NCBI GenBank assembly: GCA_026023565.1
Contig: JAPETS010000013.1
Coordinates: 434,001-498,000, forward strand
Direction of reading: 5' to 3'
Length of the DNA stretch: 64,000 nucleotides
DNA from: Cirrosporium novae-zelandiae
Taxonomy: Eukaryota
Positions within the stretch are counted from its first letter, which is position 1. Every line of letters begins with the position of its first letter. Of the stretch, positions 37,743-51,075 are shown in pieces. The notes beneath the pieces are model-generated. The model worked only from the letters and a program-made list of their open reading frames with translations, had not been told where the DNA came from and ran no database searches. The position numbers and the translations under genes were made by a program.

Positions 37743-39293
37743 TCACTTCTTCCCTCCACTCTTACCCTCCTTCTTTTTCTTTGCCTCCTCCTCTGCCAAT
37801 AACCCCATAATCTCCTGGTCCTCCAACCACCCCCTCACACTGTCCATGACCGCCTCCAGGTTCTCCCCCCCCTCAAGTATATCCGCCAATTGATTGACCG
37901 AGTACCCACTCCGATGATCCGTCACCCTCTGCTGACTCCAGTTATACGTGCGCACCTTGTCCCCGCGCCCAACACGTCCAACACCAATGACACTGCGCCG
38001 CAGCGTCAGCATTTCCTCCTCGCGGGTTTCGCGTCTCAGCTGTGCAATCCGTGAACGCAGAATGTGCCATGCCTTTTCGCGGTTTTTGGGCTGGGACCGT
38101 GAATCCTGGATCGCAACGACGGTGTTGGTGGGGATATGAGTCAGGCGCACAGCGCTGTCGGTCGTGTTGACGTGCTGTCCACCAGCGCCACGCGCGCGCA
38201 TTATGTCTGTACGGACGTCGTTGGGATCAATATAGTAATCGCTTTCAGGGTCGTCGAAGGTGGCGGCACCCATTTCCTTGGATTGGTTTTCCGGGAATGA
38301 AGGGAGGACAAGGACGCTAGCGGCGGAGGTGTGGGTGCGGCCTTTGGATTCGGTTGCGGGGACGCGCTGGACACGGTGCACTCCCGCTTCGGTGCGGAGG
38401 ATCCCGTAGGAGCCGGGAGTGCTGATTTCTATGATTACTTCAGAGAGAAGGGAGGCGTTGTCGAGCTCTTGGCTGTCTTGCTTGAGGATGCTCGTGCGTA
38501 GGCCCTTGCGTGCGCAGAATGTGGTGTACATGTTTAAGAGGTCGCCGGCGAAGAGGGCAGCTTCGGTACCGCCAGCACCCGGGCGGATTTCCAGCATGCA
38601 GGGGAGGGTGTCGAAAGGATGCGGAGGGATGAGAGAGCTTTTGAGGAGATTGGAGGTGCGTGTTAGGGTTGCGGTTGTAGAGGGGAGGTCGTCAGTTGCG
38701 AGGGTGCGAAGTTCGGAGTCTGTGGTGGGGTCTGCGATTATGGCGTTGAGTTCGTTGAGCGACTAGTTGACGAGAGAACGAAGGTTAGTTTAAGTGTCTA
38801 TCTTGTCACACTCTCTTGATTATTGTAGTAATAGTAATGAGAGTGATATGAGTGGTTATTTCTGGAAAAAGAAAAAAAAGGAATCGGAACCTCGATCATA
38901 TAAGTATACCCTACATACATCGTTAGCCTTGTCCCATTCCTTCAATGCTTTTACAACAGAAGTCAATTCCCCAAGCTGCTTTGCAATCTTCGAATCGAAG
39001 GCTTCGGCCAGCGTCTTGGATAGCTGTGCATGTTCTTTCTGCATCAGGCGGGCACGGTCGAGAAGGATAGGTGAAAGGGAACCATTGTCGGGCTGGGGAG
39101 CTAGACAGTTATATTTATTAGCACCCTAAATATTCTCAGAAATATAGGAAGGGGAAGGGCTAAAAAGGGATGTCATACCGGAAGAGCTGTAGAAGCGCGA
39201 AATCCTGCACGCCGCAGAAGCTCGGCTTAAACTGAAAATGGGAATTGGGACATTTTTGAAACACCTGAGAGATGTTTTGGGCACCTTGAACAT
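37743..39293 (-). CDS. MRF1: Mitochondrial peptide chain release factor 1, 3 exons
   Basis: Arg-rich presequence MFKVPKTSLRCF...RFYSS; LEIRPGAGGTEAALF; GVHRVQRVPATESKGRTHTS (PxT motif of RF1); RARGAGGQHVNTTDSAVR; RTYNWSQQRVTDHR. Confidence 0.95.
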
Positions 39294-39632
39294 TCCTCCA
39301 GGGACACCTTTTATTTGTTGCTTCCTTGAAAAAAAAAAAAGAGTGGCGGGGGGATTGCAATGTAGGATGGAGGAGAAGAGGAAAAATATAAATAATTGAT
39401 TAGATGGTGTTCATAGTTGGGTAATTTTGGAGAAAATTATGCTTGTATTTGCTTGTGTAATCTATACCACTGGTCCTATCTGTTCAGCCAATCTTACACA
39501 ACATAAAGGTAATCGCCGTGTCCCACACTCTTCCTCCGTCTCCTCCTCCGCGAAACATACCGAGTCCCTCAAACATCAATTGATATCACCACCAACCAAC
39601 TTATAGCAATCCCCACTCCCACTCCATCCACC

Positions 39633-40407
39633 ATGCCTCAAGATATGCCTCCAGCTGGAGGCTATGAGCCCGTGCAATACAAGGTACGCTTCAAGGAGGA
39701 CAAACAGGAAAAGCCGACTAGTATACTGACTGACGGAATCAATCCTAATAGCGCAATCTCCCCGTTAGAGGCTTTCGTCCTGCCTGGTACCTCCTTGCTA
39801 TGGGGGGCGTCATGACATACGGGTTTTGGAAGGTTATAAGGGGTGTTAGAGAGCAAAAGTACGTCTCTAGATACACACATTCATTACCTTGTCCAGCTTC
39901 AACCCGCATTCAAAGGACCTCTCTGCTCGCTTGCTCGGGGTACCTCCTCTCTACACGCATTCTACAAAAACCAACCAAGGTGATCTTACCTTACCATACC
40001 ATACCATACTACATTATCCATCCATCCATGTACCCATAACCACCCCAAACACCTCAACTAACAACGAACACCCAACAGCGAGCTCGCCCGTGAGAAAATG
40101 TGGTCCCGCATCCACCTGATCCCCCTCCTCCAAGCTGAAGAAGACCGAGATCTGGTCCGGAGGGTGCTTGCAGATAAGGCCCGTGAAAAAGAACTACTAG
40201 GCACTGAAACCAAGGTTTATCATTCGGATCGGTACGTACTGTCCATCAAAGTCAAAGGGCGCAATGACCCTCGGGACTTTTTTTTGCCTCCCCCCCCCCC
40301 CCCCCCGCGCTCCTCCTACTGGCCATGAGATGAACTCCAGCTAATTCATAATCCCCAGGTTCGTCCGACCAACCTACTCCATTACCCCCGCGGAGGTCAC
40401 TAAATAA
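39633..40407 (+). CDS. Complex I subunit NDUFA13/GRIM-19, 4 exons
   Basis: MPQDMPPAGGYEPVQYK/RNLPVRGFRP...GVREQ/.ELAREKMWSRIHLIPLLQAEEDRD...YHSDR/FVRPTY. Confidence 0.95.
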
Positions 40408-41275
40408 GCTCCCCCCACCCCAACAACTGAAACACCTTTATTTCGTTTTCAGGAAGAAGAAGAAGGAAAAGAAAATCAAATACACTACCATCAAGGCCGA
40501 TATTTGTATATACTCCTACGGCGTTTTTTCTCTTTGTTTCGTATGGAAGGAATGATAAACGATTGATTGGTATCTCGAAGTTCAAATCCTCGAAAAAGTC
40601 CGAATGGCCATGGTCAAGGAACGAGAAGAATAGCATCTCCATCTCTCCTTTTGGGTTAGAAGAATCTCGCTGTTTATTTCCACCTCACCTTTCTTCTAAT
40701 TTGGTTTTTGGATGAATGGATAGGTAAAATGAGCGAGTGTGAGGGGAGGAATCCAAGCTGTTCAAGAAAAGTAGGTCAAGATCACACACACTGCTAGCAC
40801 TATTATCACCATCATCAATTAAGATTATTTTTCTGCTCGAGCCTGTCTAGGTACCTATTTGTATATAAGCCAGCCTATTAGCTAATAAAGTTCCCCCCCC
40901 CGCCCCCCTTTCCCTGTTTTTCTATGCTTTTTCTATGACCAATAACAAAATAAAACAACAAAACACTTACTAGAGACTTGCGTCAAAAATGTTTTAGTAG
41001 GTCGTACATGACCCTCCTCACCCTCTCTAAAGAAGATTAAAGAGTCTCTCAATTCACTTGCTCCAATCAACGCCTAAAAGATCCCTCTAGACCATTTGTT
41101 CAAGGCATCAAAATCCCCTTCTTACGATTCCCATTCCAACAAAACAAATCAACAGAACCAACCAGAAAAAACAAAGCACTTGATCATCAGACCCAATCCA
41201 GTCCAGCCCAATCCTACCGAGCGCCTACCTCGTCGAGAAACCAATGATTTTCTCAACTTGAACCTCATCAATTAA

Positions 41276-44200
41276 TCAAGAAGCCTGCCCAAACATCTCA
41301 GCTACTCCAAATAAATCCAAGTGATCGTCTTTCTTCCTTTGATGATCATCAACTTTCATATACCGTTCCTGCATCGCACTCCTCCCTTTTCTCGGATTTG
41401 GCTTTGGAAGCTTGCCGAGCTCACTGATACTCACGCCGCGAATATTGTCAAGTAGGCTCAGCACCAACGCCCGTTGCTGTCTTGTACCGGGAATTCTCAA
41501 CAATTTGTCCCCAGTCCGATCAACTTGCTCGGGTGTCATTCCTGGAAGTGATAGGAGCATTTGGCGGGGCGTTTGGGTTTTAGGACTATAGAGTATCCAG
41601 ATTGTGGAGATGAGCTGGGCGAGGTCGGATTGCATGTCCACAAAGTAGGGTTCGTGGAGTGAGGTTATGCATGCTTTTAAGACTTCATTGGAAATGAATT
41701 CCCGGATTTGTGCAGCGATAGCAGAATCATCTATAAACTCTGGAATCAGGTAGCGAAGGGTTCGAGTGATGATGCTGCAAGAACGAGTATCCCGCATACG
41801 TAAGGCATGGGTACAAAACAGGATCACCGGTTCTAAGACAGCAGGCGAAGAGACGATGAACAGGCGTAGTGTAGGTACGGGTGTTTTGCTAACGTCGCTA
41901 GTTTTGGAATTGGTTGCTTTAAAGGTTGTGTCTGAGACTGTTAGCTCCTTCTTTTTAACACTGTGCTGTACTTACCATTTTGATTTGGGTCAAGCAAAGA
42001 TGCCACCATAGCCACCGCATTATATGTTAACTGCCGAAGTACGCTCTCATCCCGCATTTCTGTTGTCAGGTCCTCATTTGCAGTTTTGATTTCCTTACGC
42101 TGTTCAATAGACTCCCATTCAGCACTTGTCTTTCTGTCCAATTGACTGAAAAGAGCTATCAAGTATGGCGGAATGAAATTAGGATAGAATTTACACGGGC
42201 AGTCATCGACTAGGCTTCTTGCGAAGGAGAGCAAACTTAGAAATTGGTGGGAGGGTAAGAAATGAGCGTCTGAGAATAAGGCATTTGCCAAGGCTTCAGG
42301 CAAATCCCCATAGCCATAAAATTGTTCCTCAAATCGACTCATACAATATAGGATTTGATATGATGCTTCCCGCACTGTACGAATGCTGCTGCGTACAGAT
42401 GATGCAAAACCCTCTACAGTTGATTTCGTGTCACTGATTTTTGCGTAAAAGTCATCTCGACTTTCTGTGGAGATTCCCGACTGCCAGAACCTATCTGTAA
42501 GGACACGGCTTACAATTGATCGCAGTTCTTCCGGAAGTCCTGTCCAGTTTTCAGGATTATAAAAAGAATGGGCATAACTAGATGGAATAAGCTTCAAAAC
42601 CAAAAATGTGAGAGCAAATGTAATTACCGGAGGAATTTTAGAAGATTAGGGAGAATAGCTGGAATCTCGTCTCGCCATAGAGCACAGGCAATATCATAAG
42701 TTTGAGAAGGCTTCTCTAATTTTTCTGTCGACGCAGTGAGGATATATTTGGTTGCTTTGAAAGGCAGTTGCTATTGTCATGGTTAATCATTAATTAATAT
42801 GGAATCAATATTTAGACTGACCTTCGGGGCTTCATTTACTTCAGCCTGCATAGCTCGCCCTTCGTCGTCTAATTTTAAAGCCGACCAGTCCTCATACTTT
42901 TGCAGTTGTCGTTGGCTCATATAGTTTTGGAGATGGTGCAATCTTAACAAATTGCAGAAGCCTTCAAATGTTTCCAAAGACTGGTTTAGTAATGGACTTT
43001 GCCATGCGTTCTTCAAAGGAATAACAAAAGATTGCAATCGTGCTTCTCGTGTCGAAGGGTCAATTGATAAAGACCGATGCCTAGACAAATTAATAAAGGG
43101 TATTGGGAAATACTGGAGTCGCATACATCATGATAAAAAGTACTGAGGACATTGACACCTTGCGTTCTTCATCCATATTCAAGGAACTTGCTATCTCGTT
43201 GATTTTTGCTTCTAGTTGGTCGTAAAAAGTCTGATATGATATCACGTCAGTGAAAGTACAGAAATTAGCTTGATATTTACCTACAACAAAGTAATCAGGG
43301 TATCGTATTGCAAGCCGCTTCATTTCATAGCTGCAGAAGCCCTGAAGTTCTCTGACAACTTCAGAATAACTTGGATAGCTAGGATTCTCTGAGACTTGAG
43401 TTGTGAGAAGATGCTCTAAGACTTTCAGGGCAAAGCTCTGCTTTTTAGCAAGAGCTTGTGTGCACAAATCAACAGAGACTTTAATGATACGCTGTTTAAT
43501 GACAGGATCCTGCAAAAATTAGCATACATCTAATACCACTATAAAAGTGACTTACCTCAAATGTTTGTGCTAGAAGATTCTGGCCCCAGATCTCCAGATT
43601 ATTTTCCATTGTAGTTCGTTGCTCTTCCTGTAATCTAGTTAGCATACTATTTTGATGGGTAAGGCCATTTCTTAGGTTACTCGCATCTTGCTGTGGACTC
43701 TTCCCATGCGTAGATACCCAATGAGCACATCCTTTTAAAGCAGCCTCAACAACGGTGAGATGAGCATCAGCTCGCATTACAGGACTTGACCACCTAGTAT
43801 AATTTTGCGCTAATAAAGGTCAGCAAGTAGCTCTCCTTGCATTATAGAATAGTGATCAAACCTGAAAAAGGGGCTTCTCTAGCATAGAGTGTCCCCAACG
43901 TTTCGTCGACATGGCCTAGTATATAAGAAAATGCCTCAAATGGCTGTCTCTGGACAATTATTTCGATAATCTGAACACAAAATCTACGATAGTTACCCAA
44001 GAAGGCATGTCTTTCAGGAAGTGACTCAATATCTTCGTCCAAAAAGAGCACTATTTGATCTTCTGTGTCTTTGGGAAAGTACTCATAGCGTACTAGACGC
44101 TGGCTACAGATATCCAGTAGGGGTCCAATGAAAGGGAGAAAAAGGTCAGACCCTCCTATAGATTCAGAGGCCAACAACCTAACCCAGGTATGCAATACCG

Positions 44201-45463
44201 GAATTGAAACGGTCAAGCTTTGACTATGAAGGACGGTAATTAAAAGATTGAAGAAGCTATTCAAGTCGCTGGATGTTGGTAACGCGAGTGGATCCTCGTC
44301 AATTAGATTGCCTGCGTTTGATAGCATCTTGACCAAATTAGCTCTTATGCGTGTAAGGGATCAAGAAGCATACCTCGGAAAGCCGTTTGGATAGTAGATA
44401 TTTAGCTTCGTCAATATTGGTTGCGTCAACGATAGACCATTCATAAAGTTTCTCTATTAGAGAGACGGTGTCTTTTTGATATATTGGACAGACCAGAGCG
44501 CGGAACTCATCATCCTCAAAATTTAGCTGGGAGCAGAGGCTATTAAGAGCTTCAACAGCAGCCTACATTCATGTTAGTAGAGAAAGCATATATTAGAGGA
44601 ATGCAACATACCAACTGCACAGGGACGCTGGCAGAGGTCAAAGACCTGATGATGCTAACTACACAGCCAGTGACCATAACCGCTTTGCGGATACACCACT
44701 GCAACGCCGACTTTAACGTTGCGAGTGCCTTTGTTACTACAGACTCAACGGCCGACGCATCCTGTGTCCTGCATTGGTCCAATAGCACAGTGATTCTGGA
44801 CAGCCAGCCCTCAGTCTCAAAGCGAACGTTGATATCATTATCTCTCTTGGGGAAGAGCTCCGCAAGTACAGCCGCGGGTGTAAATATTTCAACACATGCC
44901 CGGTTCAGGTCACCAGCACGTAAGCCAGCTGCCGTATCTTCGCGGCCAAATATATCTTCAGAAAGTGATTCCAAGACTGTTAACACAAATTCTTTGTGCA
45001 CCAAACTTTTATCCCAAATATTGACCAAAGCCTCGTCCATATCCATCCAGTCCAACGCCCAGCTGCGTTTTGCGACTTCTGTCCATAGTTGTGCGATTTT
45101 ATTGCGAATGTATGAAGGATCTCCTGCTAACAAGCCCTGTGCGAGTGCTAGCATCCATTGCCGTAGGGTGGCTAAAAGCTCCCTAGACTCGTCCGTCCAT
45201 CTATGGCGTATAGTGTAATCGATCAACGAGAGACCGTAATGTCGTACAACAGGTGGTTGGTGGTGATCACAAGAAAGAGTAAAGCCGTTAAGGGGTGCAT
45301 CAGGCTGATGTTTCTGAGTCTCCAAATACTCAGAGGCTGTCTGCCGGTTTTCGTTTGACGTTCGTGGAGAGTGGACTAATTCTAATGCTTGGGTGATGGA
45401 GGATAGCGAGGACGTAGAACCGTTGACAGGCGGGGAAGGAATTCCGCCAGCCGAACCATTCAT
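41276..45463 (-). CDS. MSN5: Exportin-5 / Msn5 karyopherin, multi-exon (includes one GC-AG intron)
   Basis: IBN_N/Xpo1-like N-terminus (R..ASEYLE..K, VRHYGLSL, YIRNKIAQLW.EVAKRSW..DW), PERHAFLGNYRR, LTDRFWQSGIS, EMRDES.LRQLT, ALRMRDTRSC, KACITSLHEPYFVD.Q. Confidence 0.93.
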
Positions 45464-46062
45464 GATCCTAGCAATATTCGAGAGCGGTGTTTATCAGCAA
45501 GAAATAGTCAGGGCGGTGGGTATGTTAGATTGATTGTTTGCATAAAAAGGTTAAAGTCTTGATGGGTTATCTAACTCCCCGCTGTTGAGTGGTTGGGGTT
45601 GGGGTTGATGTAGAAATAACGGGTAACGTCAATGCTCTGTTTGATCTATGAAAATTCATGGCAAAATCCGAAAGGTTTAAGAGTGAATTTAGGCTTGAGT
45701 TTTCTTATTTCTTTCAGTAAAATTACTAGGAACGGGGAATGGTGACAGGCAGCAGAGACCCATATAACGTGATTCCTTTTAAAGGTAAGTAGTACTCCTC
45801 CGCAGCCTGAGGCCAGCATCCCATCAACTGTTAGCTCTAATAAGAATAAAATACAATTCACTCGAAGTAGTCCGAAAATCATTAACATATCCCAAGAATA
45901 AATTTACAAGATGAGATCCCAACCCACCATCGTCATGGTTATTCCAAATCAGTCAAAGAGCAACTCATCAGAGTACAAATTCACATAGTTCAACGCCATC
46001 CCTCGTTTCCCCTTGCTACTCTCAAGCTCATTACGCCAACATCAATGCAAGCCAAAATCCTG

Positions 46063-48429
46063 TCACATCACCGTACATGTTGTCTGTTGGCATTGGGCCA
46101 AATAACCTTCATTGTCCTCTCTGCCTAGAGCCTTTGCTTGTGGATGGGGAACACCGGTAACTTTTATATCCTGTTCTCCTTCTGCGTGCCACCACCTGAG
46201 CTTCTGTATGCTTCCATATTCCCCATCGTCAACGCTAATATTCCACTTTCCCCCACTCACCTCAACAGTTGAGTTTGTTACCGGGAAGTGGAATTCAGGG
46301 AGGAATATCTCTGTCGGTCCATCGATACCTGTGCTCCCGTTTGCATCCAACGACAAAGAGAAAACACAGTTTTTCAAGTCAAAACCATAGGATACTAGTC
46401 TTCCAGCTGTTACAATTGGACTTGGACGCACATAAGCTTCCGCTGCTCGGTATCCAGGAGAATCACCGAGTACAGCGGTAGATGGAGATGTTTCGGAGCT
46501 TATAGACGGTGTAGAGAGCGCCTTTTTCAAATTTGAAGGGGATACGGCAGCGACACCTGCAGAGTTAGTCTTGGAATAACCCAGTTGATTTACATCGAAC
46601 AAATGATGGTCTCCTGGTGATGAAGGCAATAATGGATCGTCCACGGAGAAGATGGAAAGATCTTCTCCATTCCATCGATCGCCCCATTCATGGTTATTCT
46701 ATAGATCCGTTAATGAAACAAAACCATAAAGGGAATTAAGCACATACAGTTGCTACATAAACCCAAACCGTAAACCCATTCGTTCCGCAACCCTCTAGAC
46801 CATAGTGATTTGCATCCATGGCTGCTATTTGGCTCGAGTAATCACCTGTTTTATAGGCGTGCTTATCGTCCATATCATAAGGTATACCGATTTCTGTGAA
46901 AACACATGGATGATTCCCTAAATAGTCAAGGCCTTCCTTGCGCATAGCTCCCAGTTGATCACGGATACAGTTCCTGATTGCTGTCTCGCCAATCTTGATG
47001 GCAAATGCGGGAGTAAGATACCTCCCTCGCAGAATTCCAAATACATCAACATTCCAGAGTCGGTTCCTATTCATGTTAGCGTGAAATCGGGCGGATATTT
47101 GTGGAACCCTCACCATTTCTTTGTCATGAGCGTAATACCATCATAAAAATGTGGGGAATACACCATGTTTGGATCATCGTCCTCGGTCCCCTGTAGAGAT
47201 GGTGGAATTTCGTAGGGAGGAGACTGACAAAACATCATAGCATTAGGATCCACAGACCTAATAGCAGCTTTGTATTTTCTCCAATAGTTAAGGAAGTATG
47301 TATTTGTAAAATATTCATAGTCAATCGTTTCTCCCGTCTTCGGATCCTTAGCAAAATAATTGGGCTTGAGGAGTTGGTCTGTTTCTGGGTCCCAAATTCC
47401 ACACTGAGCCCATATACACTCTCCCAATTTCCAGCCCGGGTCTCGGGTCCACCCATATTTACTATCGCTCCAGTCAGAGGACAGCCATGCAAGAACACCC
47501 TGTGGATCGACCAATTCTCGGCCAGCTTTATATGAACCCAGATTCCCAAATTCCCATGTGTCAATCTCGCACGCACGGCCAGAACCGGTTAATATAGCTT
47601 GCCAGGCCGTTGGGGAGTGGCCCTTCTGGAGCTTTTGTTCGGAGGGTATTTTGGTGAGATCCTGTAGTCCTATTAACCCATGGTTAGGTTCGTTCATACT
47701 CTCCCATCCGATAACGACCTCGTTCTCAAGATCTTGCGCTTCGTGGATCCTTTCCGCAAGGTGTTTGCATGCCGCAATGAAATGATCTTGCAGGTAGTCT
47801 TGAATATTCTTCCCGTCAATAATAGCTTTTGGGGCGAAATCTTTCCCTCCAAAGAATAGGGTAAAGAGTACTTGACAGGCGAGTCGAGTATAGTTGGTTG
47901 CCCATATCATCTTAGGGAATTGTGACGGGTCGGAATATAGATTTTGAGCCAATGCTGCTTCGGTGACATTGAATTGATAGACGTCTAAACCCGCTGCATA
48001 TAACGTCCACATGGGGGCACCAGATCCTCCGGTAAACCTAGACCAAACGTCCTGATGTGGGTCCATGAAGATATAAAAGCCATAGTTGTTGGCCAAGCGC
48101 AGAATTGCGATAGTATGATCAATCCATTCTTCATCATATATCCCTGGTCCAGAGTGCTCGATAGCTTCCCACGTAAAGATATATCGGATAGTATTGTATC
48201 CCCAGTTCTTGAGTCTCGCAAAGTGTAAATCCGCTTCCTCTATCGCGAATGGTCTGCCGACGAAGGATACATTGTCTCCATCAAAGAAAGAATCGGGCTC
48301 ATATGAGGGAATATCAGGTTTGCGAGGGAATTTAGCGTCGCCAGCAACATTGATACCTTGAAGCGTGACCTCCCTGTTTTGAGAATCGCGGAATGTTCGT
48401 CCGTCAATCCGAAGGCGAAAAGGTGCCAT
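46063..48429 (-). CDS. EGH1: GH5 steryl-beta-glucosidase / EGCrP2-type (Egh1-like), 3 exons
   Basis: FVGRPF, WEAIEHSGPG.YD, MDPHQDVWSRFTGGSGAP.W, acid/base motif SMNEP, PHFYDG, nucleophile motif FTEIGIPYD, WGDRWNGEDLSI, YVRPSP. Confidence 0.9.
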
Positions 48430-49148
48430 TGGAATAATATAATGATTCCAGAAACGGGAGAGAGATATCCTATTCTCCTAAAACTTCTATCAGTATGATG
48501 ATAGAAATAATCGTAGACATTGGCCGCTTGAACACACCGCTCAAGCTCGCTCAGGCACGCTCGGGTGAGAAGGGAACTAGATGGGATTTGACCTGCGCGG
48601 TGGTGTTAATCGAACTCGTACTTTCGTAATAAAAGAGATTATATTTATGAGATAACTACAAGATCATCAATGTCTATTGTAGGGAAAGATGAGTTGCTAA
48701 GTTGTTTGTATCACAGCCGTCATAGCCCAGAGGCATCAACCAAAGTCGTCCGTTGCTTCGGAAGTGACTCTCCCGCGATGGCTAACTCCACAGTACTCTA
48801 CTTTCCAGGCTATGCCAACCACATGGAGATATCTACCCGTTATCCATTGGCTATCGACTAAACTATGAATTAGGCTACTAAAGCAACATAAGCTAATACC
48901 CATTACGGTACTGATTTTCGGTTATTTGGTATTAAATACAGAGAGCTAGACTATGAAGCATAATTATTATGTCTCCGGCACGCGACTTGTATAACATTAA
49001 ACATTAAACTATCACCACAGTAAATAATATTCAAAGGACCTTACAACTTTCTCAGGTTCTGAATAATAGTATTTCCTAAAATTATTTAGGGAACTTCAGG
49101 TTATTCCCAAAGGTGTGAGTCTACTACCATCTCGAGAAGATTATCTAC

Positions 49149-50271
49149 CTATGGCCAATAATTGCCAACAAAGTCGCAGCCTTCTTGGACCCAAACATTG
49201 TTTATTGTAGTCAACGTGTCGAAACCATGACCACCAGATCGGAGAGTAAGAAGCATTGGCGTCTCCGGATGCAGTTCCTCTAATTTCCTTGCAAACTCCT
49301 CAGAGCACTCCACCAGTAACTAATAATTCTTAGTGATGAATTCACTAGTCCTAGTTGACCTGATTTACTCACAATTGAATCGGCTTTACCATGGATAACC
49401 CACATAGCTGGAACACTCTTAGCCCGCTCCAAACTTTTGATAAGATATAGTTTATCATCAGTACCAATAAACTCGCGATGTCGATCTTCCTGCGCCATTG
49501 CCTCAAGTACATCCAAGAGTTCTAGAGGTAGCGATGAGAGTCTAATTGCTCCCGGCCTTAGATTATTTACATATCTATCCAGCAGGGAATCCTGCCGGGG
49601 CAAACCATCCGTCATATTTTGGGGAGCTGAGTTGTAACAAGGATTTCCAATGTCCAGCATACCGTACTGAGATATCACAAGAGATATGTGCGCATCAGGA
49701 AAAAGGAGGGCAGATTGAATGGACAAGAAACCGCCTTGGATGAAATGTGGTTTAGCCTAATGTTCTATGTAATTAGGGGGAGGTAAGTGCTCGAGGGAGA
49801 GGGAGATTTATGAAGGCTCACCCGCGCTTTCGCCAGCTGCAGCAATCTTGCTGAGATCTAAGTCGATTTCACTCGCGATCTTAGACACTTCCAGAGATAA
49901 GGAGCTATGTACCCAATTCCAGAAACTCTCGACGTCATCAAGGATGTCAGAACCAGTCGACTCGGGTATTAGGCGGTAATCCGGGCTGACTATAATAGCT
50001 CCCCGAAACTCTGCAAGCTGTATTAACCTAAAGAATAGATTAATACTACTGAGTGGAGTTAGGGGTCCGGATTAGCTTGCCATATAGCGAACCAATCCTC
50101 GAACATTCTATCCCCAACCACAAGCCCACCACCATGAAAGTGAACCAGCAGTGGACACTTTCCCCGTTTCACATTTTTTGGTATCAAGATAGTTGCCTTA
50201 AGGGGATGATCGTTGACAACCTTATAGACAACGTCTGTGACGTTGAACAGACTGAACCTGCTTGGACTCAT
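49149..50271 (-). CDS. Alpha/beta-hydrolase (HSL-like esterase), 4 exons; first intron GC-AG (50028-50080)
   Basis: Reconstructed open frame: VHFHGGGL (oxyanion hole), SPDYRLIPE, nucleophile AGESAG/GFL, HGKADS (Asp), GHGFD (His), ending NYWP*. Confidence 0.82.
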
Positions 50272-51075
50272 TGCTCTATCCCGAAAGGACGAACGGTAGG
50301 TGTAGTGTTTTGGGGGCTAATGATGAGTAGAAAAATGCCAAGCAAGAGAAAGCAGTAAGAAAATATATATATACGAGAGGTGCACGCTTTCGCAGGGTTT
50401 GGCTTCGGCAACAATTATTACACAGCGTCAATTACAAAGCAGAGATGGAACTTAACTGCTACAGTATGCAATTCATGGGGAATATAGTAATTGGACAGGT
50501 TCTGCATTAATAAGAGCGGCGATAATTCTGCGACAGTGTATCTAGATGGTGTGATGGGGGTCTTGTCACTAAAACCCTTATTCTTCCAATGTCTCTTGGT
50601 GTTGCAAGCTACGCGGCGCGATTGGTACAACCAGGACTATCGGAGGATATTCGCCACTAATAGGAGGATTAATCATAATCAGGGAAAGAAGCTATGCTAA
50701 AATTAGGAAAACCAGAAATACGAGAGTTATACCCGACTGAAGTGCTTATAGCCAGTGGGCGATAATCAAAATGATCAGATATAGTTCTTAAGGCTAAAAA
50801 AAAAGCATATAAGAATATTATTTACTTTAAATATGACCCTCGGGGGGTCGACTCAACGTTCATGGCTTTTAATTTACGTTTGAATACTAATAGTCACTAA
50901 CCTATTACCTCGAGCCAAAAATGTAAAGTCGGACCAACCACGCCCGCAGCCGCGAAACATAAGAAGGGAATGAGATCACGCATTAGCTAGCTTAACCCCC
51001 TAGTTTCTCCATCATACCCTCCCTCCAGTAATCTTTTCAACTCAATTTTCTCTCTCGCTCAAAGCAGGGGGTCGA

